Part shown: positions 36,239 through 53,449 of the stretch, piece by piece
Layout: each line of letters starts with the position of its first letter
How positions within the stretch are numbered: position 1 is the stretch's first letter
Assembly (NCBI GenBank): GCA_026025795.1
Contig: JAPEUG010000055.1
Coordinates: forward strand, 1-64,000
Reading direction: 5' to 3'
Length of the DNA: 64,000 bases
Source: Thelocarpon superellum
Taxonomy: Eukaryota
Program-made: the position numbers and the translations under genes
The notes under the pieces: generated by a model
Databases searched by the model: none
What the model was told of the DNA's origin: nothing
Seen by the model: only the letters and a program-made list of their open reading frames with translations

Positions 36239-37599
36239 TCATTCGAGCCTCTCAAACGCAACCATCTTTCGCACGTCCGCTTCCATCTCCTCATCCCTTC
36301 CCTCTCTCTCTTCTCCTGCCTCTACTGCTCCCGCCACCGATTGTCTAGACGGCACGACCCCCGCCGCCCTCAAGACACGCAAGGTATCACGCACAACAGC
36401 GATCTTGACACCTCTCACATCATGCGCGAAACGCACGGTATCTAACCACGCACGCGCGTCTTCTTCCGTGTAATCCAGCTCGTGGCTTATATAGCGTATG
36501 CTCTCCTCCGGGTTAGCAGCGAAGTGATTGATTCCGCCGTTGAGGGCGTTGAAGAGGGACGTTAGTTCCGGGGGCTCCGCGGGTGCCGCCGCGGGTGCCG
36601 CCGTGAGAGTGTGTAAAAGAGAAGGAAATCGCGTAGTGCTAGCCACGATTTTCCAGCTGGACCAGGGCGTGTAGATTTCCGAAATCTTCTTGATGGGATG
36701 TAAGACGGGATGTAAGACGGGGTCTGAAGCGTCCTTTGTCGTTGATGGACAAGGGGGGACGGGGGAGACGGGAAGGAAGTATCGTTTGCTGGTGAAATAC
36801 TCCCACATGAAGAAATCGGCCTTCCGTGACCTTCCACCCACTCCCTCTCGTAGGGCGGCGAACGTCTGGAGCGGGACGAAGCTGAATTTCTCCCCTCCTC
36901 CCTCCTTTGCTTGTTGCTCCCCCAGCCACCCCTGCTGATCAGCAAGCACGAAGCTCATGACGTGGGACCCGCTGCCCAGGCGCGAAACGCCGACGTTGGC
37001 GCCCCTGAGATCAGCCACGTCGCGTACTTCGTCCCTGTCTGCGCCTGTCGAGATGGCCCAACACAGTGGCGTTTCGACGTAGGTGCCGACCAGGATGTAT
37101 CCGGCGGGGTTTTTCTCCGCGCCGGCACCGGCACTGACACTGGTACTTGTACTGGTGGCGGTCTTGGTAGTGGCAGTGGTGGTGGTGGTGGGAGTCGTAG
37201 TCGTAGCGGGACCGCCGCCCTCCCTCAACGCCTTTGCCAGTCCCGCCACCCATCCCTCCGTGAGACCAATACCGACGTCGATCTCGCCGGCGTGCAGGGC
37301 CGTGATCATGTGCCCCGTGCCTGACGGGAAGGGCACGAGTGTCGCTTGGAGGTTGAAGTATCTCTGTGCAAAGTAGAGCGGGGTGGAGAAGTGTTCTGTC
37401 ATGTCCACCCTTCCTTGTTAGGTCCTTGATCTTGTCCTTTCTTGTCCTTTCTTGTTCGAGTCGAGCTGCATACAGGGGGCGGAGGAAGAGAGAGCGGGGG
37501 AGGGCCATGCGCACCAGGTACATATCCGATGCGTAGCGATGATGGACCGTCGGTGGAGCTTGGAGCAGGGGTGGGACCAGAGGGAGGTGGAGCTGCCAT
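36239..37599 (-). CDS. Periplasmic-binding-protein type 2 fold protein (NMT1/THI5-like superfamily), 1 intron
   Basis: LRIGYVP|EHFSTPL, GTGHMI..EIDVGIGLTEGWVAGL, GTYVETPLCWAISTG, GVSRLGSGS, FFMWEYFTSK, IYTPWSSW. Confidence 0.85.
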
Positions 37600-38002
37600 G
37601 GTTGATTGATTGAGTGATTGATTGGTTGGTGCTTGGAGATTTGACTATCGGACAGAGAGGGAATCAAGGTGGCAGAGATCGATGCATGATGTTTACTTCC
37701 GCCGTGCTCATGTCATCCGCCTCGTCATGCACATAATGCCGCAGCAGACAGCAGGCTTCAGTCTCGCGCATCGTTGTAGAATGATAGTGACGTGTACGAC
37801 CCTCTGCTCGACTGGATTGACTCTACTCTACCAGGTATGCATCGTGGAACACGCAAGCCAGATGATCAACTCCGCCCATGTCACAGCACCGCGGAACGTG
37901 CAAAGCGCCGGGTTCGTGCAATCAGACAATCAGACGCGAGATCGAGCCTCAACCAATGCCTCCTCGCCTCCTCGCCTCCTCGCCTCCCCGCCTCCTCCCA
38001 GC

Positions 38003-43696
<5,694 letters not shown>

Positions 43697-45334
43697 TCAG
43701 TGACGGCGCCCACCGAGCCGTTGGGGGCCCACAATTCGATGTGGTACGTGTCCAGCAAGGAGGAGGCAGGATGGGAGACTTGAGCGTGCGCCAATTCCCG
43801 GACGGGCGGTCAGCATGGGGTCTCGAGGTCGAGGCCGAGGCCGAGGCCGAAGGCGAGGGCGAGGAGATCTGGTCGATGGGTGGACGCTGGACGCAGCATC
43901 AACGGGTCGCACGCCGGAATCGACCGGTCGATCCGGAGCATGCGATGGAGCGGGTGAGAGCCGTGTGAGCCGTGTGGTCCGCGGTGGGGAAAACAAACGA
44001 GAGTATGGGGGTGAAGGAGCGAGGGAGGGGTGGACGGTGGTATCATAAAGGACGAGGCAGAAGTTGGGCTACCGGGTGAGCTGGTGGGAAGCGCGGCGGC
44101 ATCCTGGCCTGGCTGGCCGATTGAGGACGGTGACTACGGTCGACGCTTCGACACTTGCTACTTACCATCCAGCCTATTCAGCGATGGGGCATGGGGCCAT
44201 GGGGGCATGGGTAGCGAAGCGAGGGCGGGACTTTGATGCACAGTTTTAGAGCGATCGCACTTGCACTCCGACGAGCATGTTACTCGTGCTATGCCAGAAC
44301 TCGTCGTACGAGTTTGCCGACCCAGCTGCACGAATACGCAGCGGGATGGATATGGGTCCTTCCGCCTTCCGCCCTCTTCGTACGCGTGCTGGCCTGGGTC
44401 CATCGCTACCACCGCGTGTAATTCGACCTCGCTTGTGCCACTCGCACCTTTGTCGGAGAGACCCGGCGCGGCCGGAAGGGCGTCGTTGCATGACGCCCGG
44501 GATGAGGCCCAGGATGAGGCCGGCGTGGGTGACGAGCTGGCCGGCGGGTCAAGAGGATGGTGGGCGGCCAACGGTATGGATATCGGTACGAGTCCCCAAG
44601 TGACTTACGTCGTATCTGAGATGCCGCTGCCCACCTTACTGGAACCAGTCGAATGGGGAATGGAGAGTTCTAGATGCAGCAACAGGCCCATGCCTAGCTC
44701 CTCGCTCAAGCGACGTGCCAAGTGTGCCTCTCCGGCGGGTGTGAGAGGACCGACGTGCGCGGGTACTGGTACCTCTCGTACTCTGTCTGGTGGGACCACG
44801 TCGGATCTTCAGACACAAGACACGCTTGCGGCTGTCGACTTGGTCGTTACCTTGCCTTACGTACGACGCAAGTACGAGAACGGCCCGTGTTCCGTGCTCA
44901 ATGCTCCTTTGATCGTCGTCGGCGCCAGTTTGCCTCATCGTACCGATAGTTCGACTCGACAGCGAGCTTGCAACGACGAGCCCTACGCCATGCTTTGATC
45001 GTTCCATGATAGACATGAGACGCCTGGATGGCGAGGCCCCACCAGCGCCTTGGGACGTCTTTCTCTTGGTGGTGGATAGCGTCGCGGAGCTCTCCGCATA
45101 TCTGTCGGCCGGACCCTGCCGACGAGGGGGGGTCCCAGGAGGGGGCCCCGCCATTACTCTATATTCGTACAAACACCTCGGGGGCAGAGCCGTTAGGCAG
45201 GGCCACCCACCAAGTCCAGCTCCAGACCTCATCCCAGTACGATCCTCGGCGAGGAGGATCCGTCTGCATGATAGCCACAATGCCTTTCTCCCTATTATGA
45301 ACCCATTTGCCTCGGTCACTGTAGAACCAATACC

Positions 45335-45775
45335 ATGGCCACGGTGGATGAGATGCGGGGGCCCTCTCTTCGCACGGTCAAAGAGGCGCCGGGCCCTGTC
45401 GCTCAGCCTGTCGCTCGCCTTGATCTCCAGACCCTACCACTCGAGATCCTTCACGACATCGCGCAGTGGCTGGACTTGTGCTCGCTCATCGCGCTGCGGC
45501 AAACGAGCCGGTGGCTCTACTGGAACGGCGACTATGACATGATGCTCGGTCTGTATGCGGGGGCCCGAGCGTCCCGGTCAGACCGACTACAATTCCTCGC
45601 TTTCCTCGAGCGCGATACGCCCCCATCGCAGCAGCGACGCTGGACCTGTTCCGCGTGCGTCCAAACGCACCTGGGCCACCTTTTCGCCCCATGGGAGCTC
45701 GCCAGTCCGGCGGAAGGGCGGGTTTGTCAGTACGCCCAGTTTTTACGCGCCAGTCGCGAAGACTATCCATTCTAA
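45335..45775 (+). CDS. Small F-box protein with a Cys/His-rich C-terminus
   Basis: LQTLPLEILHDIAQWLDLCSLIALRQTSRWLY fits the F-box consensus; followed by LERD..WTCSACVQTH..F..RVC. Confidence 0.75.
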   Translation: MATVDEMRGPSLRTVKEAPGPVAQPVARLDLQTLPLEILHDIAQWLDLCSLIALRQTSRWLYWNGDYDMMLGLYAGARASRSDRLQFLAFLERDTPPSQQRRWTCSACVQTHLGHLFAPWELASPAEGRVCQYAQFLRASREDYPF

Positions 45776-46491
45776 GCCCGGGGACTCCGTAACCCCCACT
45801 CCCTGGGACCGATCGCGGCGTCCCACTCACCTTGATGCGGTATGTCGATTTACTCTACCGATCGGCACGGACGTCTTTCTTCTCGCGCAGATGGACGATT
45901 ACGAAGTGGACGCTCTTGGAATTTGTGGCTTCGCCGACACCCGAACATCCATCATTTTGTCACATTTCTGGAGCTAATGGGGGGGCGAATATAATGGATG
46001 AAGATGTTGGTAATTCCAAACATTAGTACAAACTGATCTCGTTATGTGGTCCTTCTTTTTGTGCCAATCACTCCAATCTCCATCGCTGGAACTCGAGTTC
46101 CTGAGTACGAAGGTTGTGTTATATCTCAAGGCTTTATCATCATCTGATAATTTAACAATTTAAAATATTTTTTCGGTCAGGAAACGTTACCCCAATTGCA
46201 AGCCTCCAAGTGCGGCAACTGTCACTACTTCTCACGCAGAGGCCTTGCTTCGCATGGGGGTGATGAGGGACACGGGAGACTCTTGATCAATGACCTGATG
46301 TTGTGGTAATTCGGGTGTGGAGTTAACGGACGACGACGGACGACTGACGCGGGGAGCGCGTCTCGCTCGCCTGCGAAAGGTTCACATCATAGCGAACACA
46401 CAGATCCACTCGCTCTTCCGCAACGCGATGGGAGCATGCCACCGACGTTGGAGACCCACGTGGACGGCGTCGGCATGAAGCCACTCTGCCC

Positions 46492-47860
46492 ATGGACCTC
46501 AAACCCATTCCCGCCTTCTACTGTTGCTATCTCTTGAGGTCGACCGTGCGACATGCGAGCCTTTACGTGGGCTCGACCCCACACCCGCTGCGACGGCTAG
46601 CCCAACACAACGGCCTCATCAAAGGTGGGGCCATCAAGACGTCGCGATCGACTCTGCGGCCGTGGGAGATGACGTGTCTTGTGACGGGATTTCCGTCTCA
46701 CGTCGCCGCTCTGCAATTCGAGTACGTGGACACCGCGATGCGCGAGACACGCGAAGCTCTCCGATGGAGAGATAGAACATGTCTTGGAATCGTCCATCAC
46801 CGCTGACACCGCGCATGGTAGGTGGGCATGGCAGCATACACATCTTACCCGACATATTCCCGTCGCCCAGCGTCTCACCGAGGCACGCACACTGGTCCGC
46901 GTTTCACCCAAGACGGGCCGCACGCGTCGCCGGCCGACCCGTCCGCGCATGTCGCTGACGGACCAACTATCGAATCTTAATCTACTCTTGACCGCTGATA
47001 CCTTTGTGCGGTGGCCCCTTGAGCTTCGCTTCTTTTGCGAGGACGTCTTCGCCGTCTGGCAACGGTGGACGGAGCGAGTCGATGAGGCTGCTCGGACCAC
47101 CGTCCCGGTCGTCTTGGACCTTCTCAGACCTCGGGAGCGAGGTGAGGGTGGCGACCCGGACGGAGGTTCGAGCTCCCCTCTCGCCCCGTCAAAGAAGCAG
47201 ACGCGTGGGTTGGTGGGTCAAGGCGGCATTCACGGCCTCGACGTCGGGTACCGTGGGCTTACGGCTCATGTTGAGAAGAGTAAGACGCTTCTCGAGTCGG
47301 CCACACCACCGGCATGTGCCCTATGCCACACCACGCTCCGACGCGACGAGGACTTGACGGGCGTGTGTCCTCACGACAAGTGCCACACCGTCACTCATCT
47401 GACCTGTCTCTCCCATTTGTTCCTGGCGTCGGCGTCTGAGCAGGATATGGTGGTGCCCGTACGAGGGAATTGCCCTGGATGTGGTCGAAGCACCCGATGG
47501 GCGGATGTTGTCAAAGAGTCCTCCCTTCGGCTCCGCGGCTCGTCGGAGGTGGAAAAGCTGATCAAGCCTGCGCGAGGGAAGAAATCGCGGGTGGCCAAGG
47601 AGGTCGCGATGACACCTGCTGGTGAGGAGAGCAATCGGGCGATCTTGACCGTGAGCTCAGAGGTGGACATGTCCGACGAGGCGATGTCTCTTGATGACGA
47701 AGACGACGACGACGCCATGTCCATGACGAGCGCGTCCTCTGTCGACTCTAGACCCTCACTGAGCCTGGCAGGCCCCCTCGCGTCACGATCGATGGGTCCG
47801 CAGCGGCTTGAGGCTGTGGTGGAGGATAGTGAGTGGGACGACGCCGAGGTCCTGGACTAG
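46492..47860 (+). CDS. SLX1: Structure-specific endonuclease subunit Slx1 (GIY-YIG plus RING-like domain), 1 intron
   Basis: [55 protein letters not shown]. Confidence 0.96.
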
Positions 47861-47876
47861 TGGGGATGGACGGAGG

Positions 47877-48693
47877 TCATGATTGGTGAGACCGTGACCG
47901 TAACGGCTGTATCGTACCCAGCGCCTGATCTGAAGCGCTGGTGTCGATCTGCTGTAACTGGGCCAGGACAGCCTGGAGCACGTTATCCTCGACCGTGTCT
48001 CGGGACTCGCCCCCATCGATGACATGAAAGATGTCTTTCTCGTACACGGTGCGTAGCTCGTAGAAGAGCGCCCTCACACGGGCCTGCATGGCCTGATTCT
48101 CGTACCGCTCGCCGCCAAAGCCCGCTCTGGCCGCGGCCGTGTCGGCGGAGAGCTCCAGAAAGATGCAAACGTCCGGACGGGGCAGGCCGACGTCGGGCCA
48201 GCGCGCCCACTCGAGATCGATGCCGGGAATGTCCTTGGCCGCCGAATACACACAGCCCGAGTAGCAGTAACGGTCTACGATGACGGTCGTTCCGGCGGCA
48301 ATGTCTGACGTGATTCGTGCTCTATTTGTTCAGCGGAGTCGCACGTGGAGGAACGGGGAGAGGATTTCGGGTGTCGAAGGACATACGCAGCTTCCCATCG
48401 GTTGGCGGCGAAGAGCAAATGGATGACATGATCGTCTTGCTGGGCCTGGCCCGTGAGGTATTGATTAATGATGGTGCCGGTGGGGGTAGAGCGATCTAGC
48501 GTCAGAGGTCAACATCAGCATCATGTGGCCTCTTACGACCCTTGGAGTGGTGGGGGAAGTATCAACCTGGAAACTTGACATATCGAACATCATGGCCGCG
48601 TGCCTCCAAATTCTTGACAAGTAATCCGCATTGAGTAGACTTCCCCGCTCGATCTAGCCCTTCGACGACAATCAGAGCACCACGTTTGGCCAT
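47877..48693 (-). CDS. CDC8: Thymidylate kinase, 2 introns
   Basis: RGALIVVEGLDRAGKSTQ P-loop, HLLFAANRWE, IVDRYCYSG, PDVGLPRPD, GFGGERYE. Confidence 0.96.
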
Positions 48694-49029
48694 GGCGAGA
48701 TGTGAGGAAGTACGGTTGGGGGAGTCCTGCGTTGGGTGTAGCACGTCGTCGCTCAATCGTGTGGCTTTCATTCTTCACTCCTCCACGGCTTTCTGTCCTT
48801 CGTCCATCCCACGCGGCACACCGGCACCAACACTTCTCAATCAATCCACCAGAGCCAATTGGATTCCAGCAGGGACTGGCCCTTACTATACTACTCCATT
48901 TGCACAGCAGATCGATTCACATGATTCTGCGAGCTCGTTCTCACCTCTGCAAATGTCTTTCCCCAGTGTGCACCAGTAGCCTTCGTGTTCTCTCCCATCG
49001 GAGCCGTATAGCTATACTGTACGAGTAGG

Positions 49030-50726
49030 ATGGACAACGGCAGCTCTGCATCAGAGATGCCACGTTTCCGCGTGCATCCAAGCGTCCTCGAATCTCTTTC
49101 TCCTTCGTCCTCTTCTTCTCTGGGGCCACGACTAGGCCGATTATCTTATCCAAGGCGGAACCCCATCGACACGCCCCACTACCTCGCCATCACCTCACGG
49201 GGCGCCATCCCGCATCTGTCGCAGGATACGATGAGACAGCGGACGGAAGTGAAGGGGGTGTACGTGGCGCTGGAAGACTGTGAGTCTTTTACTGTATTTG
49301 AACTCTTCACCCTCTGGTCCTTGGGGAAAAAAAGCTTGATACCAGTCAGTCGCTGACAAAGGACAATTTCCGGGGCGCAATACAAGTCGTTGAGAAAGCG
49401 CCACGCGAGATACCGCCCATATTCAAGATGCACAGTGCAGGGGGAGAGACTCTGGAAGGAGGCGGCGGAGGTGTAGCTCCCGAAGGCGATGAGTCGACAT
49501 TGAGGCGTTTCATCTCTCTACAGGCCGACACTCTCCTCGTCCTCGCGCCGCGCCGCCTTCCCACGCTCGCGTGTCCGGCGTCCAATACCGACCGCGCCAT
49601 CTCCATCGTCACCTCCGTCGGCTTCCGCCAGCTGCCGATGCAGGAATACATTGACGCGGCGCGCACGCTGGCGCCCGATATCGTCGTCGGCATGGGCGAT
49701 GTTGTGTATTATCCGCGTGGCGGCGGCGGCGGCGGCGGCGGCGGCTTACCTGAGTCGACGACGACGACGACGACGACAAAGACGCCGTCGCTGAAACGCA
49801 TTTCGAAGATGGAGGATCGCACCCTGGTCTGGACACGGGAACTGGTGGAGGAGCTGTCCCATGGCAGCAGGAACGCAGGACAAAGCAGCACACCGGCACT
49901 CTTCGTGCCCATCTTACCCATCGCGCACCCTCACCAGCAGATCTATCTCGACCATCTAGTCGAGTCGTTGCACCTCCCGCAAGACACCACTACCGGCATC
50001 ATCTCAGGCTTGGCGCTCTACGACGCAGCGTCCACCCTCGACCTGCCTCCCCCGCTACGCTCCCTTCCCCGTCTATGCCTCGCGGAGCCGGTGGACCCTC
50101 ATGTCCTGCTGCGCGATGTAGCACTCGGCGTTGACCTGGTCACTGTTCCGTTCATTGGCGCCGCGACGGACGGGGGGATCGCGCTTGATTTCCGCTTTGG
50201 GTCTCCTTCTCCGTCTCCTCCGTCTCCTCCGTCTCCGCCGTCTCCTCTGGGCGTCGACATGTGGGACAGCGCGCACAGCACATCCCTCACCCCGCTCTCT
50301 ACCGGGTGCACATGCCACACATGCCGCACGCACCATCGCGCCTACCTCCAGCACTTGCTCGTCGCAAAGGAGATGCTCGGGTGGGTGCTGCTCCAGATCC
50401 ACAACTTGCATGTCATGGACGCCTTCTTTGCTGCGGTGCGTGCCAGTCTCGCTGCCGGCGGGTCGGAGCGCTTTGAGGAGGATAGGAGAGCTTTCGCCCG
50501 CGCGTACGAGCCGGATCTGCCGCCTAAATCGGGTCTTGGTCCTCGGTGAGTGGACAATCATCAGGGGTCGCTGAAGTGTCGCCGCGTGGTTGCTGACGCT
50601 GCGGCAAGGGTCCGTGGATACCAGTTCAAGGCAAATGGACCCGGTGAGCCAAAGAGGAACGAGCCGGCGTATCGCACGTTGGATGATTCTGGTCCTCTCG
50701 CGGTGCCTTTCCCGGACATTGCATAA
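49030..50726 (+). CDS. QTRT2: Queuine tRNA-ribosyltransferase accessory subunit 2, 2 introns
   Basis: PRLGRLSY..IDTPHYLAITSRGAIPHLSQD; Zn site CTCHTCRTHHRAYLQHLLVAKEMLGWVLLQIHN; GPR|VRGYQ; stop at 50724-50726. Confidence 0.9.
49719..49778 (+). repeat. Coding (GGC)9 and (ACG)6 microsatellites (poly-Gly, poly-Thr)
   Basis: Seen directly in QTRT2 exon 2. Confidence 0.85.
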
Positions 50727-50829
50727 GATACCCTCGGGCGCAGAATCGCTTCTGCTTTGGTCTATACGCTGTCTACCTCAGTCCAGCCATGTGCGCCCCG
50801 TGTCAAGATTGCCCATGCCACGCCTCCCG

Positions 50830-53072
50830 TTAGTCGCCTCCCAGCAACTCCCATAGACTCCCCTCTTGCACATAGGCATGATGAATCACATTCACGAGCC
50901 AGTAACCCTCCTTCACGTGCTTCAACAGCGCCGCCGTCGGCGACCGTGGTGGGTAGACACGCCGCCATTCGTCCCAGATGCTAAAAGCTTCTTCCTGCCA
51001 CGCGCGAAAGGACACGGCTTCGATGATGGTGGGCGTGATGATCCTGCGGCATGTCAGCACCAGGGTTGCCGCATGGATGTGACCTGGCACACGGACTCCT
51101 TGCCGGGAAATGCGCCCCACGTGACCGCGTTGACCGCGTCGACGTCCGACGACGCACTCTCCCCTGATGCGTTGCCGGCGTAGTACGACACCTCTTCGAG
51201 CGTGTCAAGTCGAGCGTGAAGGGCTGTCCATTCAGACGTGGGGAGAAAGAACTCCACAAAGGCCTTGGAGGACGACGTGAGCACCGCCATCTGGTATGGT
51301 AAGGAGACGCCCCACGGACCTTCTGAAAGACAAACCCCCCCTTGGGTCCCCACCCAAACAGACCGTGGTCACTTCGGACCCCGTTGACCGCCGGCTGGCT
51401 GGCCACGGTCCACCAGCCGCGTCGGTTCAGCTTGACCAGCTCGGATCGAATGGCGGCACTCTCCTCATTCAAGCCCTCCTCGCTCCATGGAAGGGCGTCG
51501 ACCTCACCCAAGACATGTCGCACGAAGATGTCGGAGATGTCGGCGGTGCTCGTCGGCGAGCCCCAGAGTCGCACCGCTTGGGATACGGACACATGCAGCG
51601 AGACGCCATATCCGTCAATCTCGCCGTACGCTGCCACATATCGTCAGCCTCACTTTCCTTCCCACGACCGCTTCCTGCGTCATCACATCACTCACCCGGT
51701 GACCGGGCGTCGCCCCAGCGGCCGTTGGGATAGTCGTCCCACGTCGCTTCCCTCCCCAGCGACCCCTCCCCCTCGGAAATGGCCAGGGTGTTCGCCCGGG
51801 TGTTGATCTTGTCTTTGGGGACGCCGGCCTCGTCCGCCGAGGCTTCAAAGTGCGAATTGCTCGACGCATCGTCCACCACGACCCGGTTGTAGGGGTCCGA
51901 CACGACCGACGACGTTCGGCGAGGATGCTGGCGAGGGGCGCCGATGGCCCCGCTGGCCCCGTTGCCGCCATTGGTCAGATGCTTGGTGCTGGTCTCCTCG
52001 ACCGCCACCTCATCCGGCGTATCCGGCGTCGAGGGCGCGATCAGGTGGCATCGTTCCAACACAAACGCCACGGCCTTTTCCAGGTTCAAGGTGTAGAAAT
52101 GAAAGCCTCGGGGCGTGGGCGACGGGCGGTCCTTGATCGCCTCGACGATGTCGCTGACAATCTCCACCCCGGCTCGCTTGACCGCCTCGTCATCCCCCTT
52201 GACGGCGTCGAGTCGCGCCAACATGGGGGCTGGAATCTTGGCGTGGCTGAGCTTCGTCGTGCGTCGCAGGAGCTGGTAGCTCTGGATCGGCATCAAGCCG
52301 GGGATGATGACCATCTCTGCGAAGACGCCGGATGGATCGTGTCGTAGCATGCTCTCAAACGCCTGATATGCCCGCACGTCGTAGAATAGCTGGGTCATGA
52401 TGAAGTCCGCGCCGGCCCGAGTCTTGTCGATCAGGGAAGGGAGGTCGTGTTGGGCACTTTGGCTCGCGGGGTAGGATTCGTCGGCGTGTCCTTCCGGGTA
52501 GGCGGCGACGCCGATGCAAAAGTATTGGCCGTGACGACGACGGATGTAGCGGACGAGATCGATGGCCCAGGTGAACTCGCCCTCGCCCTCGCCCTCGCCC
52601 TCGCCCTCGCCCTCGTCCTGGCCGTCGACCTCTCCCGGGTGCGGTGCGTGGCGATACTCCTCCTGCCGGGGCGGATCGCCTCGCAGGGCCAGGATGTTGC
52701 GGATGCCGAGGGCCTTGGCCTGGTCGAGCGCCTGGTCGACGAGCGAGCGGTTCATGTTGGTGCAGGTCAGATGCAGGCAGGTGGTGAGGCCCAGCTGTCG
52801 CTGGCAGATCTCGGCGAGCTCGAGCGACTTGCCGGCCGTGCTGCCGCCGGCGCCCCAGGTGACATTGACGAAGAGCGGTCGTAGGCCACGAGCCATTCGC
52901 TCGAGTCGGGCCTGGAGGTTGGCGGAGCCCTGTCCCCTGTCAGCACGGGGTGCCGTCACCGTTGGGGCCGGGTCCTCCTCCCTACCATGGCCGTCTTGGG
53001 CGGGAAGAACTCCAACGAGAAGAAGTGGCCGTTGGCCGGCAAGGCGGCGATCTTGTCCGTGATCTTCTCCAT
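50830..53072 (-). CDS. MTHFR: Methylenetetrahydrofolate reductase (probably the Met12-like paralogue), multi-exon
   Basis: FFSLEFFPPKT, VTWGAGG, CLHLTCTN, NILALRGDPP, IGVAAYPEGH, FIMTQLFYD, HFYTLNLE, WDDYPNGRWGDARSP; regulatory domain SQPAVNG and NAVTWG. Confidence 0.96.
52577..52612 (-). repeat. (TCGCCC)6 coding microsatellite, giving a Glu-Gly repeat in an MTHFR loop
   Basis: Seen directly; translates as DEGEGEGEGEGEGEF. Confidence 0.9.
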
Positions 53073-53300
53073 TGCCGCATCTCTCGCCTCTCCCGCGTCT
53101 CCCTCGAGAGCCTCGCTCGGGTGTCGCCGGGCTCGGACCAGGCCTCGGGGCCGCGGGGTGCACCTGTGTGGCGTATGTGAGGGGTCAGCACACGGCCGAC
53201 CGGTCAAACAAACGTCACGGCGACGAAGCGACGGAGCGACGAAGCGACGAAACTCGCAAGGTCCCACCGCAAGCCGCGCTAGTACCCTTCGGTACCAGCC

Positions 53301-53425
53301 AGGTCGCTCAATTTGGAACCCCGCAGCCGCTAAGCCCCCTGTAGCCGCTAGAGCCCCCCGTAGTCAACAAAGCCCCCCGTAGTCCCACTGTCAACCTCAA
53401 CGGTCGGGGTCCAAATTGAGCGCCT
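53301..53425. promoter_or_regulatory. Inverted repeat enclosing three AGCCCCCYGTAG direct repeats; putative bidirectional promoter
   Basis: Arms AGGTCGCTCAATTTGGAACCCCG and CGGGGTCCAAATTGAGCGCCT. TATAAAAAG follows at about 53430. The promoter role is inferred. Confidence 0.5.
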
Positions 53426-53449
53426 TTAGTATAAAAAGCTTGCGTCCCC

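Noticed and set aside
37397..37513. TPP riboswitch in the intron of the NMT1/THI5-like gene
   Set aside because: No CUGAGA or CCUGAU core motifs seen.
44261..45542. ORFs 44261-44998, 44636-45319 and 45006-45542
   Set aside because: No recognisable domain or coding-like composition; probably promoter/UTR sequence between KDM5 and the F-box gene.
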